From Ruditapes philippinarum (lineage: Eukaryota), in the NCBI RefSeq assembly GCF_026571515.1, contig NW_026859416.1:372001-435987 (forward strand): DNA of 63,987 nt, given 5' to 3'. The stretch's first letter is position 1, and every line of letters starts with the position of its first letter. Below, in pieces: positions 1 to 13,700 of the stretch. The notes below the pieces were generated by a model, which searched no databases, was not told the DNA's origin, and saw only the letters and a list, made by a program, of their open reading frames with translations. The position numbers and the translations under genes were made by a program.

Positions 1-78
1 TTTAATAAGCAAAATGTTTCTACCAGTATAATCCCTTTGTTTTTATAAATTTCATAGGACATGTACACTTTGTTTTTA

Positions 79-429
79 TATCACATACCCGTGCCGATTT
101 TGCGTCTCCGTAAAAAAGGTATTGCACGGCTGTTAATATATTTTGACGTGACATCATTTGCTTTATACAAACTTAATGTAAATACCCGCAAATATAAGCG
201 TAACGAAAGATATTTTTTTTGTACTTTAAACATTATTTTTGGTATGTGATAATAGGATATCATATCGGTGTAGTCATTACTGATTTTATTGAAGTCGTTG
301 AATAAAATAATATTGTGCTTACCAAATGCTCGTATAATATGATTTCATTCAATTAAGTATTGAGCCTTCACTATTCAACCCGTTCAAAAATTCAATACTG
401 AAACTACACTAATTAAATAACCTCTATAT
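79..429 (+). repeat. Dispersed IR + hairpin element, copy A
   Basis: TATCACATACC...GGTATGTGATA followed by a long imperfect hairpin; homologous to 23550-23911 and 52107-52420. Confidence 0.7.
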
Positions 430-1930
430 ATCTGTCGAAAATAATTGCTTTAATATGATAAATTGATTATGTGACCTTAACACACTTATAACATTAAAAA
501 CAAACAAGTTCTGAAATAAAAATAGATCCATTCTATGTCAATTATCGTGGCAATAAGAAAAACACAATGATAAAGTGATGACTTTCATTAAAAGGAACAA
601 AAGTGCATTTTCCACTCTGGTGCTTTCAACATAATTATACACCTGTGTAAATGACAAGGACTAAAGGTGATTTGTAACTAAATGTGAAAAGAAAATACCG
701 AAACGTCTTTGTTCCTTACATAACAAAGGAGTCAAAATAACATGAAAATCATTAGATAATAAACCTTATGTTGTCGATATGACAATTCCGATTAAATATG
801 CATTTAAAGAATTTTCCTACAACCGCAAATTAAAAAGGAAATAGAACGATGACTTTTAACACAAAATGTAAATTATCCAACATATTCAAATTAAGTGAAG
901 AAAAAATTAAAGGAATATGGCATATCTAATACTACAATTAAAAAAATGTGAATAAATAATTATGATCAAGAAAGCTGTCCAGTAAATTAAATATTGTCCA
1001 AGTTAAGAATTATTCTTGAATATATTACAAAGATAATCGTCCGTCCAAATGCACATATTTATGAAGTTGACATGGCAAACATAGTATTTTTAAGGTTATA
1101 ATGATGAAAAAAAGATTCAAAAACCAACACAGTTTATCAAAACATGTTCCGCCTTAATTTGCTTCATCAGCTGATATGAGTAATAACAAATGAGAGTTTT
1201 ATTTAACTATCACACCTGCAGCTGGATAAAATGAATTTGCCTTTGCATTTTTTAAAAAGTATTTCCTTTTTATCATTTTTATATAATTTTATACTATCAA
1301 AAGACGTTCATTTTAATATTTCTTATTGACAGAGATTGCATGTTTAGCTTTAAAAAGAACGAAGAAGTTGTATACATTATAAACAATAGGATTGTCTTCA
1401 ATTTAACGACCGTTCACTATAAATAGAGAAATGTAAGTTCATTTAAAAATATAAATCAGAAACACACAATCTTAGAAATATCACTGTAACATAATAAAGA
1501 ACAAATATTATTCCATTATGAATGTGGTTTCCTTCAGAAAAAAAATAAGTTTGTTGGTTTATCTATTTCAATAGAAATACAGAGAAAAACAATAATTGAA
1601 ATTTATTATATATTAACGAATAAAATATTTAGAAATATTGACGAAATATTTATGTTCATTTTCCGTATTTTCAGTGTAAAAATAACATCTTTTCAATGCA
1701 GGTAAACATATTTTCCGTTTTTTTTGCTGATGCCCTGCTGGACTACTTTCTTCTAAATTCAACCAATATACGAAATTTACAGCCACTTACGAATTTTATT
1801 TTTCATATCACTCCATTAAAATAAATCCTGTATTTATTGAAAAAAAAAAACTTGACTATCCTCAATATCATCTACATATTCATCAACTGATACTAAAATA
1901 AATCAATCGATGTAACAGGTCCCAGCAGGT

Positions 1931-4770
1931 TCAGAATTCTCTTGGTGTTATGTAGTCCGGATTCGGACAGGGAGATGGTCTCATTCTAGCTCGAGGAATG
2001 TTAAATTGTCCATCACCCTACAATAAAAACAACAGTTGAATTTCAAAACATTTTCTAATAATCAAATTCGTTGAATTTATATCCCAGCCAAGTACTGGTA
2101 ATTTCTAACACAACAAATGCTTTATATATATATATATTTATCATGGCTTAAACAGAAATATTCTTTGTACATTATAAATATTCAAGGCAATAACAGAGCA
2201 TTAATTAACTCGGTGTTAAATAGTTATATCTGGACATGGCAATAAGATGTAAATTGCCTTTTTGTTTCTATGTTTCCCATAAAGTTTTGTTTTCAATACA
2301 GCAGTTGCAAAGAAATAGCAATATTGCTCTTTATGCATACTGCATAACTTATCAAGGCCCATAACTCTGAGTTAAAGTGTCTGACCGATACATGTCCTTT
2401 AAAGAAATAATCGCGTTTTTAGATGTCTTTTTTGTGGTCAACATCCATGGATGCTGCCTTTATTATCCACTGCCGATAGAACCGGGAGGAAGATATTGTT
2501 TTGGCGTTGTCCGTCCTGCCGTACGTCCGTCCGTCTGACGATATGCACATCTCCTGTTGCTATTGAAGTTCCCAATAAAGTTTCGTTGAATTCCAGCCAA
2601 TAGTTGCACAGAAGTAGCACGGAAACAATTATTGTGCTCTATATGCATTCCGCATAACTATTCAAGGACAATAACTCTGGGTTTAAGTGTTTGACCGGAA
2701 CAGGGCAAGGAAATGCGCATCTCCTCTAGCCATTGAAGGTTCCCATAAAGCTTCGTTGAATTCCAGCCAGTAGTTGCAGAGAAATAGCGCGGAAACGATT
2801 ATTGTTATTTATGCATACTGCAACTAAGTTAAAGTCTGACTGGAACAAGCCGATGATATGCTCAACTCCTCTTGATATTGATGATTCCCATAATTTAAAA
2901 GTTTGAATGAATTCCAGCCAATAGTTGCAGAGAACTAGCGCAGAAACGAAATTAGGACGGACGGATGGATGGACGGACGAACGTTCCAACATTTTGTGTT
3001 TAGGGGCTATTTTCTTTGTTATTTTCTTTGTTTTCCCAAGGGCTACTAGCCCATAAACCCTTTGATCACGGAATGAACCTATTGTTCTCTTTTGTTCTCT
3101 TTACTGTTATATAGCCCCTAAACCCAAAATGTTTGCTCGGACTTACGGACGGCAGGACGGACGGACAACGCCAAAACAATATCTTCCTCCCGATTCCATC
3201 GGCAGGGGATAATAAAGACAGCATCCATGGATGTTGACCACAACAAAGACATCTAAAAACGCGATTATTTCTTTAAAGGACATTATAAAACTATTAACTT
3301 ATCTTTTCAAGAGACATTAAAGAGCATGAATTGTAACGTTTGTAATTTTAAAAAATGAATGTAAATTATGAAACATTTGAATTTTCAAACCATATTATAA
3401 TAAAGACAGCATCCGTGGATTTTAGCTACTTTAAAGGCTTCATAAACGCTGTTATTTCTATATCTTTTTAAGGGACATTGCATAACTGAAAATTTAAAAT
3501 GTATAATTTAAAAGAAAAATGTAAAAAGTATGAAACGCATATTGGTCGACTTAGTGCAATAACAAAATAAGTCCTTGCAAATGTAATAGCAGTTAATCAG
3601 TTTTTAAGATGACGTTTTGATGATTAATAAACAAAATAAACAGAAAGCGTAAAAACGTATACGTATGAAAATATTTTTGTCATATTCGTGCAGCTTTAGT
3701 ATTGAAGTTTTACTTCATATACCTGTATAATTTGATATTTATTAGTTTTTTTACATTTTATGTTTCATGAGACTGAATTGAAAGGCACACTTGATTGCTA
3801 TGTAAATGTATGATCTTACTTTAGAGTCACTTCCAGACGACATGGTGAATCTTGAAGCTATTGATTTTAAGGACATATACATATTAGACTTGTTATCGGT
3901 CTTATCTTCAATGTCTGCCACTATGAAAAAACAGGTTTGGTATATGAACATTAACAAAAGAGGAAAACACTTATGTAAAAAGATGAAAATCTATCAACAA
4001 TATCGTTAAAATGTTAATCTTTCCATTTCGATCTATCAATCTATAAAGTCTATAGTATACATTAAATATGTAAACAGGTAAGCGCTTCCCTCTATGAGTG
4101 GTGCTTACCTTTATGATCTTAAGTTCCTTTGTAATACAAAATAACTTCAATACATGTCATTTAATCATCATTACCCTAATCCAAGTATAGTATATATATA
4201 TATATATATATATCTCAACAAATTATCAATACATGTCATGTAGCACACGTACCCAACACTTACAAGTATAAAGCATATAGAACGATGACAAACTTCCATT
4301 TCATAATAGCTATCTAATAATAAATATAAAATCACAATAGAAGTAGCTCTATCAAGAACTGTTTTATCACATAATGAAAGTTATGTTGAAATATAAATAA
4401 AACAACATATCACATTTATCAGTCGGTGATTATCACTTCTTTTAATTTAATTTTTTTTTCAAAATTGTTGTTGTACTGTTTGATGTCACGCCGACAAATG
4501 TTTGTCATATAGTAAAATGTTAAATTTGTGAAAAATAAATTACTTCAAAAAGATAACAGCAGCCGTGCCGTGTATATTAATTATAGAAACGTCTCACTTT
4601 TCCAATGAACATTGACGTTACAAATGTGCAATATTGCAAGACTGAAATACAAGTTGTTCTTAATAAAAACCAAAATGAAATCCGTCTTACCAGTCTGCCA
4701 ATTTAACACATTGTACACATTTTGCTGCTGTTTGTTTACATTTTCAAGCTTCTTCCAAAGTCTGGAGTAG
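1931..4770 (-). CDS. Cytoplasmic tail exons (4770-4691, 3920-3820, 2017-1931)
   Basis: DYSRLWKKLENVNKQQQNVYNVLNWQT / VADIEDKTDNKSNMYMSLKSIASRFTMSSGSDSK / GDGQFNIPRARMRPSPCPNPDYITPREF*. Canonical splice sites; frame is kept only if the AG at 4772-4771 is used. Confidence 0.7.
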
Positions 4771-7700
4771 CTGTCAGTCTAAAACATTACGCCTGAATTT
4801 TTAGACTAAATAAAAACGCTAGACAACGACCAAAATATAATTTCAAAAACCTATGTGTGAAAATATGTATTTTTAATGGAAAAAAATAAAACTAAATAAG
4901 ATAGATTCTTTATTGAAAAAAAAAATATTTAAAATAAAAAAACAGAAAATTTAGCAATTTTTTTTCTCTGGAGATAAAAGCTTGTCTGAAACAACAAAAA
5001 AACAACAAAAGAACCCAAACATACTCTTGATTATAGATAAAGAAATTTCGATAAGCAATTAACAGTTAACATACTCTTTTTGCATCCTAAGTTCATCTTT
5101 TTTCTTTTGATTTCGCTGTCTAAGACATCTGATCATAATGATGGTTACCAATAACAGAATGAAGAACCCACATGCAACACCGATTATCATCGCTAGGTTA
5201 ACTGTAAATGACATAATTATCGCCTTTATTTTTATACATAAAAGCCTTTTTATACATTTAATGGCTTATTATCTTTGACCAAACTCACAATTTCATCCAT
5301 ATTCATCTTTCAAATAAGACCTAATTATAACGCTTATATTTAATTCAAATTTGACTAATGATTATGGACTTTTTTACAAATTTGCTTGTACTAATATTCT
5401 ATTATTTTCTCCGATTGAAATCATTATCTATACTCTTACTCAACACGAATCAACAATACATCTTTCCTAAATGATATCTCCCCAATACCATTGTAATGAT
5501 ACACGTCTGATATAAAAAAAAATCTGAAAAATAATACATATTTGTCGTAATCAAATCCCCTTTGTTATAGAACGCGTCTAATAAAATTCATTATACAGTG
5601 CACACTACTTGATTACGTGAAACAGGGTAATCTATTCGTGCTTTAAATACAGTTGGGTTGATTCCAGTTACTTCCCTTGCATTATTAGTTTTAATTGTAT
5701 TTTTAACCAATTAGATGATCGCTTTGAATTTCGCTCCAAATGTGTTTAGTTTGATGATTTTTGCGGGAGTTGAAAAGTATTTTCAATAGAGTATAATTGT
5801 GCTTATGATTTGTTTTATGTGTTTTAAGGATTTGGAATAAGTATTATGGTATATTCTAAAGTTTATTGTTGGGCAATAACTTCTGTATTTCTGTAAACAG
5901 CGTATATTTTTTTGAGAAGTAAATTCATGATTTTCATGTATTTAGAATTGAGTAAAGAATTGAGATGGTTCAGAAATAGCATTCCTTTTTAACTTCACTT
6001 AACTCTTTCTCTCATGCACATTGTTCTTAATAATATGTATTCTTTATTTGATAATTTGCAACACCCAGTCACTGTGTGAATGAAGGGTTAATTTGAGTAA
6101 AATAATTAGATGGTTTGATTCATGTGATTTTATATTGTTGAGAGCATACAATTCCACAAATTGGTAAGTCATCATTATATATTATAATTGCGTATTATGT
6201 GTAAGTTATTGCTGTAACTTTTAAACTGACCATTTATTGTATGTATGTAATGTAACTGTAATATATTTTAATGTAACTTAATATTATTGTTAAGGGTTAA
6301 GATAAGCCACTAGAACCACTTAATAATAAGTATCATATGTGAACTTTTTATCATTATGATTTAATGTGTTTTTAACATTATATATTGTGAATTAAAGGGA
6401 GATAACCATGCAAAGATGAGACATTAATTGAATAGACATTTAGTGACATTTTGTATGGTTTCAGTGTGCTGGACTTGTTAACTAGGTACTCAAGTTGACT
6501 GTGATATTGTAATGTGAAACAAGAGTGCAGGAACAGTGATGTGATATTATAGTTTGAGACATTTTTAACCCTTTCGATGCCAGAGGGTTATTGTTTTATT
6601 GATCACCTATTTGACAGAGGGGGTTTTCTAAGAAATTACTATATTATTAATTAATATATTTATTATTATTTGTTATTAGTATTATAATAATTATATATGT
6701 TTCCAAATCTGTGAGTATAATAATAATTATTGTCAATGGTATAATTTTCTTTATATCTATTATTATTTTTATTATTATTATTATTTATTTATAAATATTA
6801 CTATTATTATTAAAGAAACGGCTAAAGCCGTCCATATGGCAAATACGCCGAAAATAACAGGGAGGGCATAAGCCGTCCCTATGGTAGTGAAAGGGTAAAG
6901 AGTGATACAGTGTTTATTTATATTTATTTGTTTATCAACATAGTAACACAGTGAACTATTAATAAATCTATATGTAAACCAAAGCCTATTTGGATTTGTA
7001 ATCTTTTATTTAGATGTAAAATAACCAAAGGTAACATTTGGTGCCCAACGTGGGACCGGGTGCATAACAAGACTTCGACGACATTTATAGTAAATATTCA
7101 CTTCGAACTATGATCATTTTTCATTAATTAAATACTGGGTCAAATAGTGAAGAACTATATTTACAATCTGTGTTACATTAAACTTTTGTACTATGAATTA
7201 AGTAAACTTAAAGAAGATGAAAGATGAAAAAGATGAAAGAACCTGAGTATACCTTTAAAGACTGAAGTAAGATCTTTAAAGCTTCATTAAAGATTTATAA
7301 TTATTGTCAAACTACATTTATTGTGAAATCAAATACCAAGTTTGACAGTGTCATCAACATATATGTATGAGATAGATCTACTTTACACCTTGCTGTTTTT
7401 AGAGGGAAGTAATTTCAACTGAACATCAGAGGAGGAACATTTTCACTTGTGTAGACAGTCTACACAGGAACCAACAGTGTATCTGACAGTTATTGGTGCA
7501 TGAATTATGTGTGGTTTATAAAGGTGTGGTCTAGTGGCTTGTATCAACTTCGTTGTAAGTAAAAAAATGTAAGTAAAAAGAAATTGTAAACTGGTTCAGA
7601 AATTGCAGTTATCCACAGTGAATATACATATTAATTAAATCACTTAGTTATTCAGTGTAAATAATTGCTGCAATTCCTGACAATCATTTCTATGTGGTTT

Positions 7701-10700
7701 GAAATGCATATGTAAGTCCGAGTGAGGTTCACTTTTGCATGCTTAAATTAATTGGTAATAGTAATCTATTTCACCAAAGTTCTACTGTCTGTATATCCTA
7801 GCACCGCCTCATAGCCTTAACTCCAAATATAGTTAATATTTAACACAAAAAGGCTATTTAAGAACCATCTCAAGTCTGTAAGTTTTTATCAAAAATGTAA
7901 ACAAACATTGACCTAGATTTTGACCTGTTGTTGCATTGAACTGGTGCAAAATAACAGAAGTTATTTACTTTTCTTCGTGATCAATTATTAAAAGAAATAT
8001 TGGTTCTTGTTGTCCTAGTTAATTTCTAGAGGAATAATATTTTCATTTGTCTATTCATTTCCAACCATAAAGGTGGCCTTAAATTGTCTGTTTATTGTTT
8101 ATTTTTTCCTGCCATTTACATGTGTGATTATTTTCATTAAAAGGTCAATGAAAAGTATTTTCCCAAAATCTATACTATAAGATAATTGGTTCTACTGATA
8201 TTGGAATTTCCATGACGTCATTGACTACCTGACTGATATGTGACTGAATCACATGACGTTATAGTTTAGTAACAATTTTAGTACAGGTGTAGTCTATAAT
8301 TAGGATAGTATATACATTATCAGGCTTGTGTGTGCACTGACAATTGTGACACTTTGAGATAAATTGTATACAAAACTAAGTGAAGGACAAATAAATTGAC
8401 AAGTAAGTTTTAAAAATAAATAATGAATTAATGTAAAATTAATACTTAAAAGAAAGTATTTATTTAACAGATATAAATAAATATAAATCAAGAAATAAAA
8501 TATATAGGTACTCCCTGTTAAGTGAAATAATTTTATACTGAATTGTTTGCAAAAATGATTTTGTGGATAATTCTTAAATACTTACATTTATATAATGTTA
8601 AATAAATAACGTTTCGTTAGCGAAAGTAGCTACTTATTCGCGTACACTTATTCGTGATGATAGTTTTTGATTGCTATTATAGAATTTGTAATTTTATATA
8701 GCCAAAAACTTTTCAAAAGCGTTTTCATTGTATGATCATACAAACGTAAACTGAAATTTGGTTGAATAAAATACTTTGACCTAAAACAAATGAACTGGAA
8801 TGAAATATGTGAATCACACTGAAAGTGAACAACGTTATAGCTGAAGTGAAAGGAAATTGAATTTGAAATTGTGAATTGAATTGAATAACGGAAGGGAAAG
8901 TGATTAGTGAAAGTTAGTGCAAAAGTAACTTATCTGAAAGTACAAAGTGAAATATTGAAGTTGACTTTACTTAAATCTACATGAGTGATGTATTTAATCA
9001 GGATATACACTGATTAAGGATTTGAAGAGGTGTTTGTGAAAATAGTTCAATTGTGAATGAACTAACGCAAAAGTGAACTAAGTGAAGTTAACGCAAAAGT
9101 GAATTAAGTGGATAATTTAAAGGAATTGCTTCATGTACGGAATACTTTGTTGCACTGATAAAGGAAGATATTATAAAGATAATTGAAACCATCCGCACAT
9201 TAAGCGTGAATATTTATATCAAAGAGTTAGTGCAATAAAGGTGTAACTGTGGAATTTGAGTTTGGAGAGTACAATACATGTAAATTGAACTTAAATACTT
9301 GAACATTGGAAAGTTGGATAGCTTTGAATGTTGAAGTTAACGCCAGACTGAATTAAATGTGGAGTGAATGAATTGCGTAGAGTGAAAAGCAAACTGAATT
9401 AAGTACTATATGCACAAGATAGTGACATACTGTGTTAAATATATATTCAAAGGAAGTAACAGAATTGTATTTTGAATATACAAACATTCAACGGCATACT
9501 GTATTAAGTGAATACAGATTATAGCTAAAGTGAATACGAGAGTTAGCGGCAAACTGTATTAAGTGACTTTGATTGAATTTACATTGTGAAGTGAAATAAG
9601 AATAGAGGAATTCATTTATGGAAATAGAATGTTGATATGAGATGGAGTTAAAGACTTTGTGAGATGACGGCAAACTGAATTAACTTTGTGAATAGATAGA
9701 AAACAGATAGAAAAATTGGGAATTCACAAAATTGTAGAAAGGAAGGATGTCAAAGATAGTGTTTGATTGGCAAACTTGAACTTGAGGTGGAAAATTGGCA
9801 ATGAAAACACATTGAAATAAAGGTCGGAGGTAAAAGCGATTTACTGAAAGTAGTAATTGTTAAAGGAGACGACTAATGATTAGTTGAAAGAAGTTGAAAT
9901 GAATTATTAGAGACCTTTGGAAAGAGATTTTAATTGGAAAGAGCGAAGAATGAAGTTAGTGAATATCGAATTTAAATGATCATAACCATTTCTTTGTTGA
10001 AGTTTTTTGGAACTTTTAGTGAATAGTGGCCTTTACAGATTGAATTTTGGATTAATTAAGAAAAATGCTATACAAATAATTAACTAAATTCATTATAGGC
10101 AAGTTGATGCCAAACTGAGTCAACTTTATATTAGTGAATAAGACTTCAATTGAAACAAATCAACATTACTTCATTAGTTGAAAAGTTGAAATAGTGTCAG
10201 TTAAATAAATACAGACTTTGAAACTGAACATCTATTATATTCGATATGAGTGAACCATCAGTCAAGAAAGAATAACCTGGGTGCAGAGGCTTTAGGCGGA
10301 GAGAAGAAGATAAGAAAATTCTTGCGAAATTTCATTCATTGAAATTCACGCAAAAGATAGAGTCTACTGAAGACTTGATTTTTTTTTACGAAGGATTACG
10401 GAGACGGAAATGGAGGAAGCAAAGAAAAAACCTTCACCCTTGACACTACCTACTGAAAGTTTAAGTTTAACTTAAACCTCTTCATCAACACCAGCAGCAA
10501 CATCAGCATCTGCTAGTGCAACTATACCTTCACCACTTGTAATGCCAAAAAGCTGGAACAGTTCATTTTCCTAAATTATCGAGCTTTTATGGTGAAGACA
10601 ACAAAGGAGACGCAACATGGGAAACTTTTAAATTTGAGATACAGGCATTATTGGCAGACAATGTATTCTCTGAAGAACAAATATTGTTAGGAATTAGACG

Positions 10701-13700
10701 TGCAGTTAAAATAAACGCTAGCGACAAAGTGCGAAGATTGGGAACAGGAGCTTATGTTCATCAAGTAATACAGAAATTAGACAGTTCATTCGGCACTATT
10801 GAAACAAGAAAGAATATTTTGAGGAAATTCAACAAAAAGTAAATGAGTCTGTAACCTGCTATTCATCTAGACTAGAAGAAATATTCAATTAAGCAGTCAA
10901 TTTAAATGATTTAAAGAAAACAGATGAGGACATTCTTAAACAAGTTTTATACCAAGGCCTTTGACCATATATAAGACATTTATCTGCATATAAATGCGAA
11001 GCCGTAATAGACTATGACAGATTCAAGATTGAATTAAGAAAAATAGAAGCAGATCTAAGTTCGGAAAACGAAAAGACAAAGTCTAATACTGCAGTGAGTT
11101 TTGAAAGAAAAGAAACATCAGAATTGACTGAAGTTAAAGAATCAAGAAAGGATAAGTAGGAAGAAAATTACACGTCAACACCAGGGATGTTTATGATGTT
11201 TTATTATCTACCGGTTTCGACCTACCGTGAGGTCTTCATCAGGATAAATTTTGACAGAAATTTGGGCCTGAAGTATTAAGATTGTGTAGGATGGTAAGTC
11301 ACATGACTGACCAAAATAGTAACAAAAAATCTAAAAATAGAATAAGATTTGGCTCAGTGCCAGAATGTTGTTAAGTCCATGTGTAATAAGTTAAAATATC
11401 ATAGTCTTACAGAGTCCAGTGCTTTCTGATTATTGAAAAGTTCCATAAATACAAATACACAAATAAATTGTTATTTTGTGTCACCATAAGTATTACTATT
11501 TCTATGTTATGCACTTTTTTAATGTAAATATATGTTGGCATCAGTAGTTTTAATGTACAGTCTAGTATTGAGGTTACCATGTACATCCTTAAAATATTTA
11601 ACATAAAAAATGAGCTTCTTTCATGGCTGGCGATTTCATATGTAATTTTGATAAAGGAGTAAAAATCGTTCAAGTGGGCCAAGAAGGAATACAATTCCTC
11701 ACAACGATGTGGCCAAATGGTAAAAATGTCATCAATATATCTGCACCATATGAGTGGTTCTATTTGTTGAGTGGCAAGAATTCTCTCTTCTAAGTACGCC
11801 ATGGATAGAATAGGATAATTCTGGGTATCAAAGGCAATGTGTTCTTCTTCCCACTGTAATTGTGAAGTTGAGCTGATAACTGGTACTTTTGGTATGAATG
11901 ATTTAAGGATGGATTTTGTTCTTATGTACTTTTCCAAGTATAAAATATTATATTGTGTTCGGGTCTTTTGAACATGAAGTTTCTTTGAGAATTTAAATCT
12001 TGAGACTTTCGGTTCGTCAATTTTGCGCTGTTTCTGACCTTCCGTTGTTTGTCTTATCTTCGGATTTAATTTAGGCCTTTCCTGTTCCGGAAGTGTTGCT
12101 ATGGACGTTGTTGCCGAAAGTAAATGTCATTCGGTTTCTGATTGGTCGGATTGTGTGAATGAATATATCTGGTTTCGTTTTCGATGCAATTCCCTTTCCA
12201 AGGGCTCCGATGCTGCATTTTGTGATGGATCCAAAAAAACTGGATACACGGCGGGTGTAAGAATCAATATGCCCCGGCCCACATCACGCATTTGCCTGGA
12301 TGGTTATCCTGGTGAAGACGGATCCCGCTGAAGTTAAAGAAGATGAATGATAGAATTGACAGCATTGAACAGAAACAAGACAGTGGTAGTACACAAATTA
12401 TTATAGAGGATTTTATAGAGGACCAAGACATTATAGAGGCAACAGATATAACAGCTATAGAGGGCGAGGTTCATCTTACAGTAGAGGCAACAACAATATA
12501 AGAAGACCGACTGGTACCAACACGATGCAACCTTTGTGTCATAACTGTAATGGTAGAGGACACAAAGCTAGATATTGCACTTCACAGAGAGTCTGTTTTA
12601 ATTGCAATCAGGCTGGACACTTGGCAAGGAACTGCCTAATAGTATAAGTGCTCCTGTTGTGGGATCTAACATGGGCACCAACAAACATGATCCCTTATTA
12701 GTTAGAAACATCAATAAAGCACAGATTACAATCAATAATGTATCATCAACAACACTCATAGATAGCGGAAGCTGAGTTAGTCTTGGCAGCAAATCATTTT
12801 TATGATGAACATCTTTCACAGATTGAAAATCAGATCACTGAATGAATTACTTTCATATAGCATGTGCCGATGGAAAAATTTTATTATATTTAGGATACAT
12901 AGAAGCAGAATTAAAACAGCGGACTTCCAAAGAATTAACCTCGACTTTGTTTATTTCTTGTTACACCAGATACTGATTATTCATACAAAACGTCTGTCAT
13001 AATTGGTTCAAACATACTGCAAGATTTACTTTAAGAATGCCAGAGCAACTTCGGTGATAAATTTCTTCAAGAAGCAGATCTACACACAACATGGTACTTG
13101 TCATTCAGATGTTTGGTTATTCGAGAAAGAGAATTAAAACGAAACAAAAATAGGTTAGCTGTACTAAGAAGCGCAATGTCAGGAAAGGTTACAATAAGGC
13201 CAAATGAATCTGTTCATATTACATGCTATACTGATAAAGAACTTGAATTTCAACCGACTACAGCATTTATACAAGAATGTGAAGACAGTAGCTTACCATC
13301 CTACTTAGACATTACACCAGCAGTAACACATTATGAACTTGGAAAAAACAAGTCTTTCACAGTCAACTTTTCAAATCTGACAATGAACACTTGTACTATT
13401 TCTCCAAGAGCAATTATCTGTGAGTTACAATCTGTGTCAGTTAATCAAGACGTATTTGATAAAATTGAAGGATATGATTCTATAATAAATGATTTACACC
13501 AAAAAGAAACTCAACAAATTAAAGATGTCCTAAATAAACACAAAGCTATTTTTCTACAGGCGATACTGATATAGGTAGTTGTAATAAAATTCATAATTTT
13601 TTTTTAATTGTCATAAAAATACACATAGGATAGATTTACTAGACGAAACACCTTTCAAACAACGACACAGAAGAATTCCAACAATGATGACAGATGAAAT

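Larger units (their letters stand above)
10247..12640 (+). pseudogene. gag: Gypsy gag (PNMA-like capsid plus two CCHC knuckles), interrupted by a Penelope-like insertion
   Basis: FPKLSSFYGEDNKGDATWETFKFEIQALL...; CHNCNGRGHKARYC and CFNCNQAGHLARNC at ~12535-12635; stops and frameshifts. Start is approximate. Confidence 0.8.

Noticed and set aside
5440-5506. Candidate extra exon between the Gypsy and the TM exon
   Set aside because: Its open frame ends in phase 2, incompatible with the phase-1 TM exon; left unassigned.
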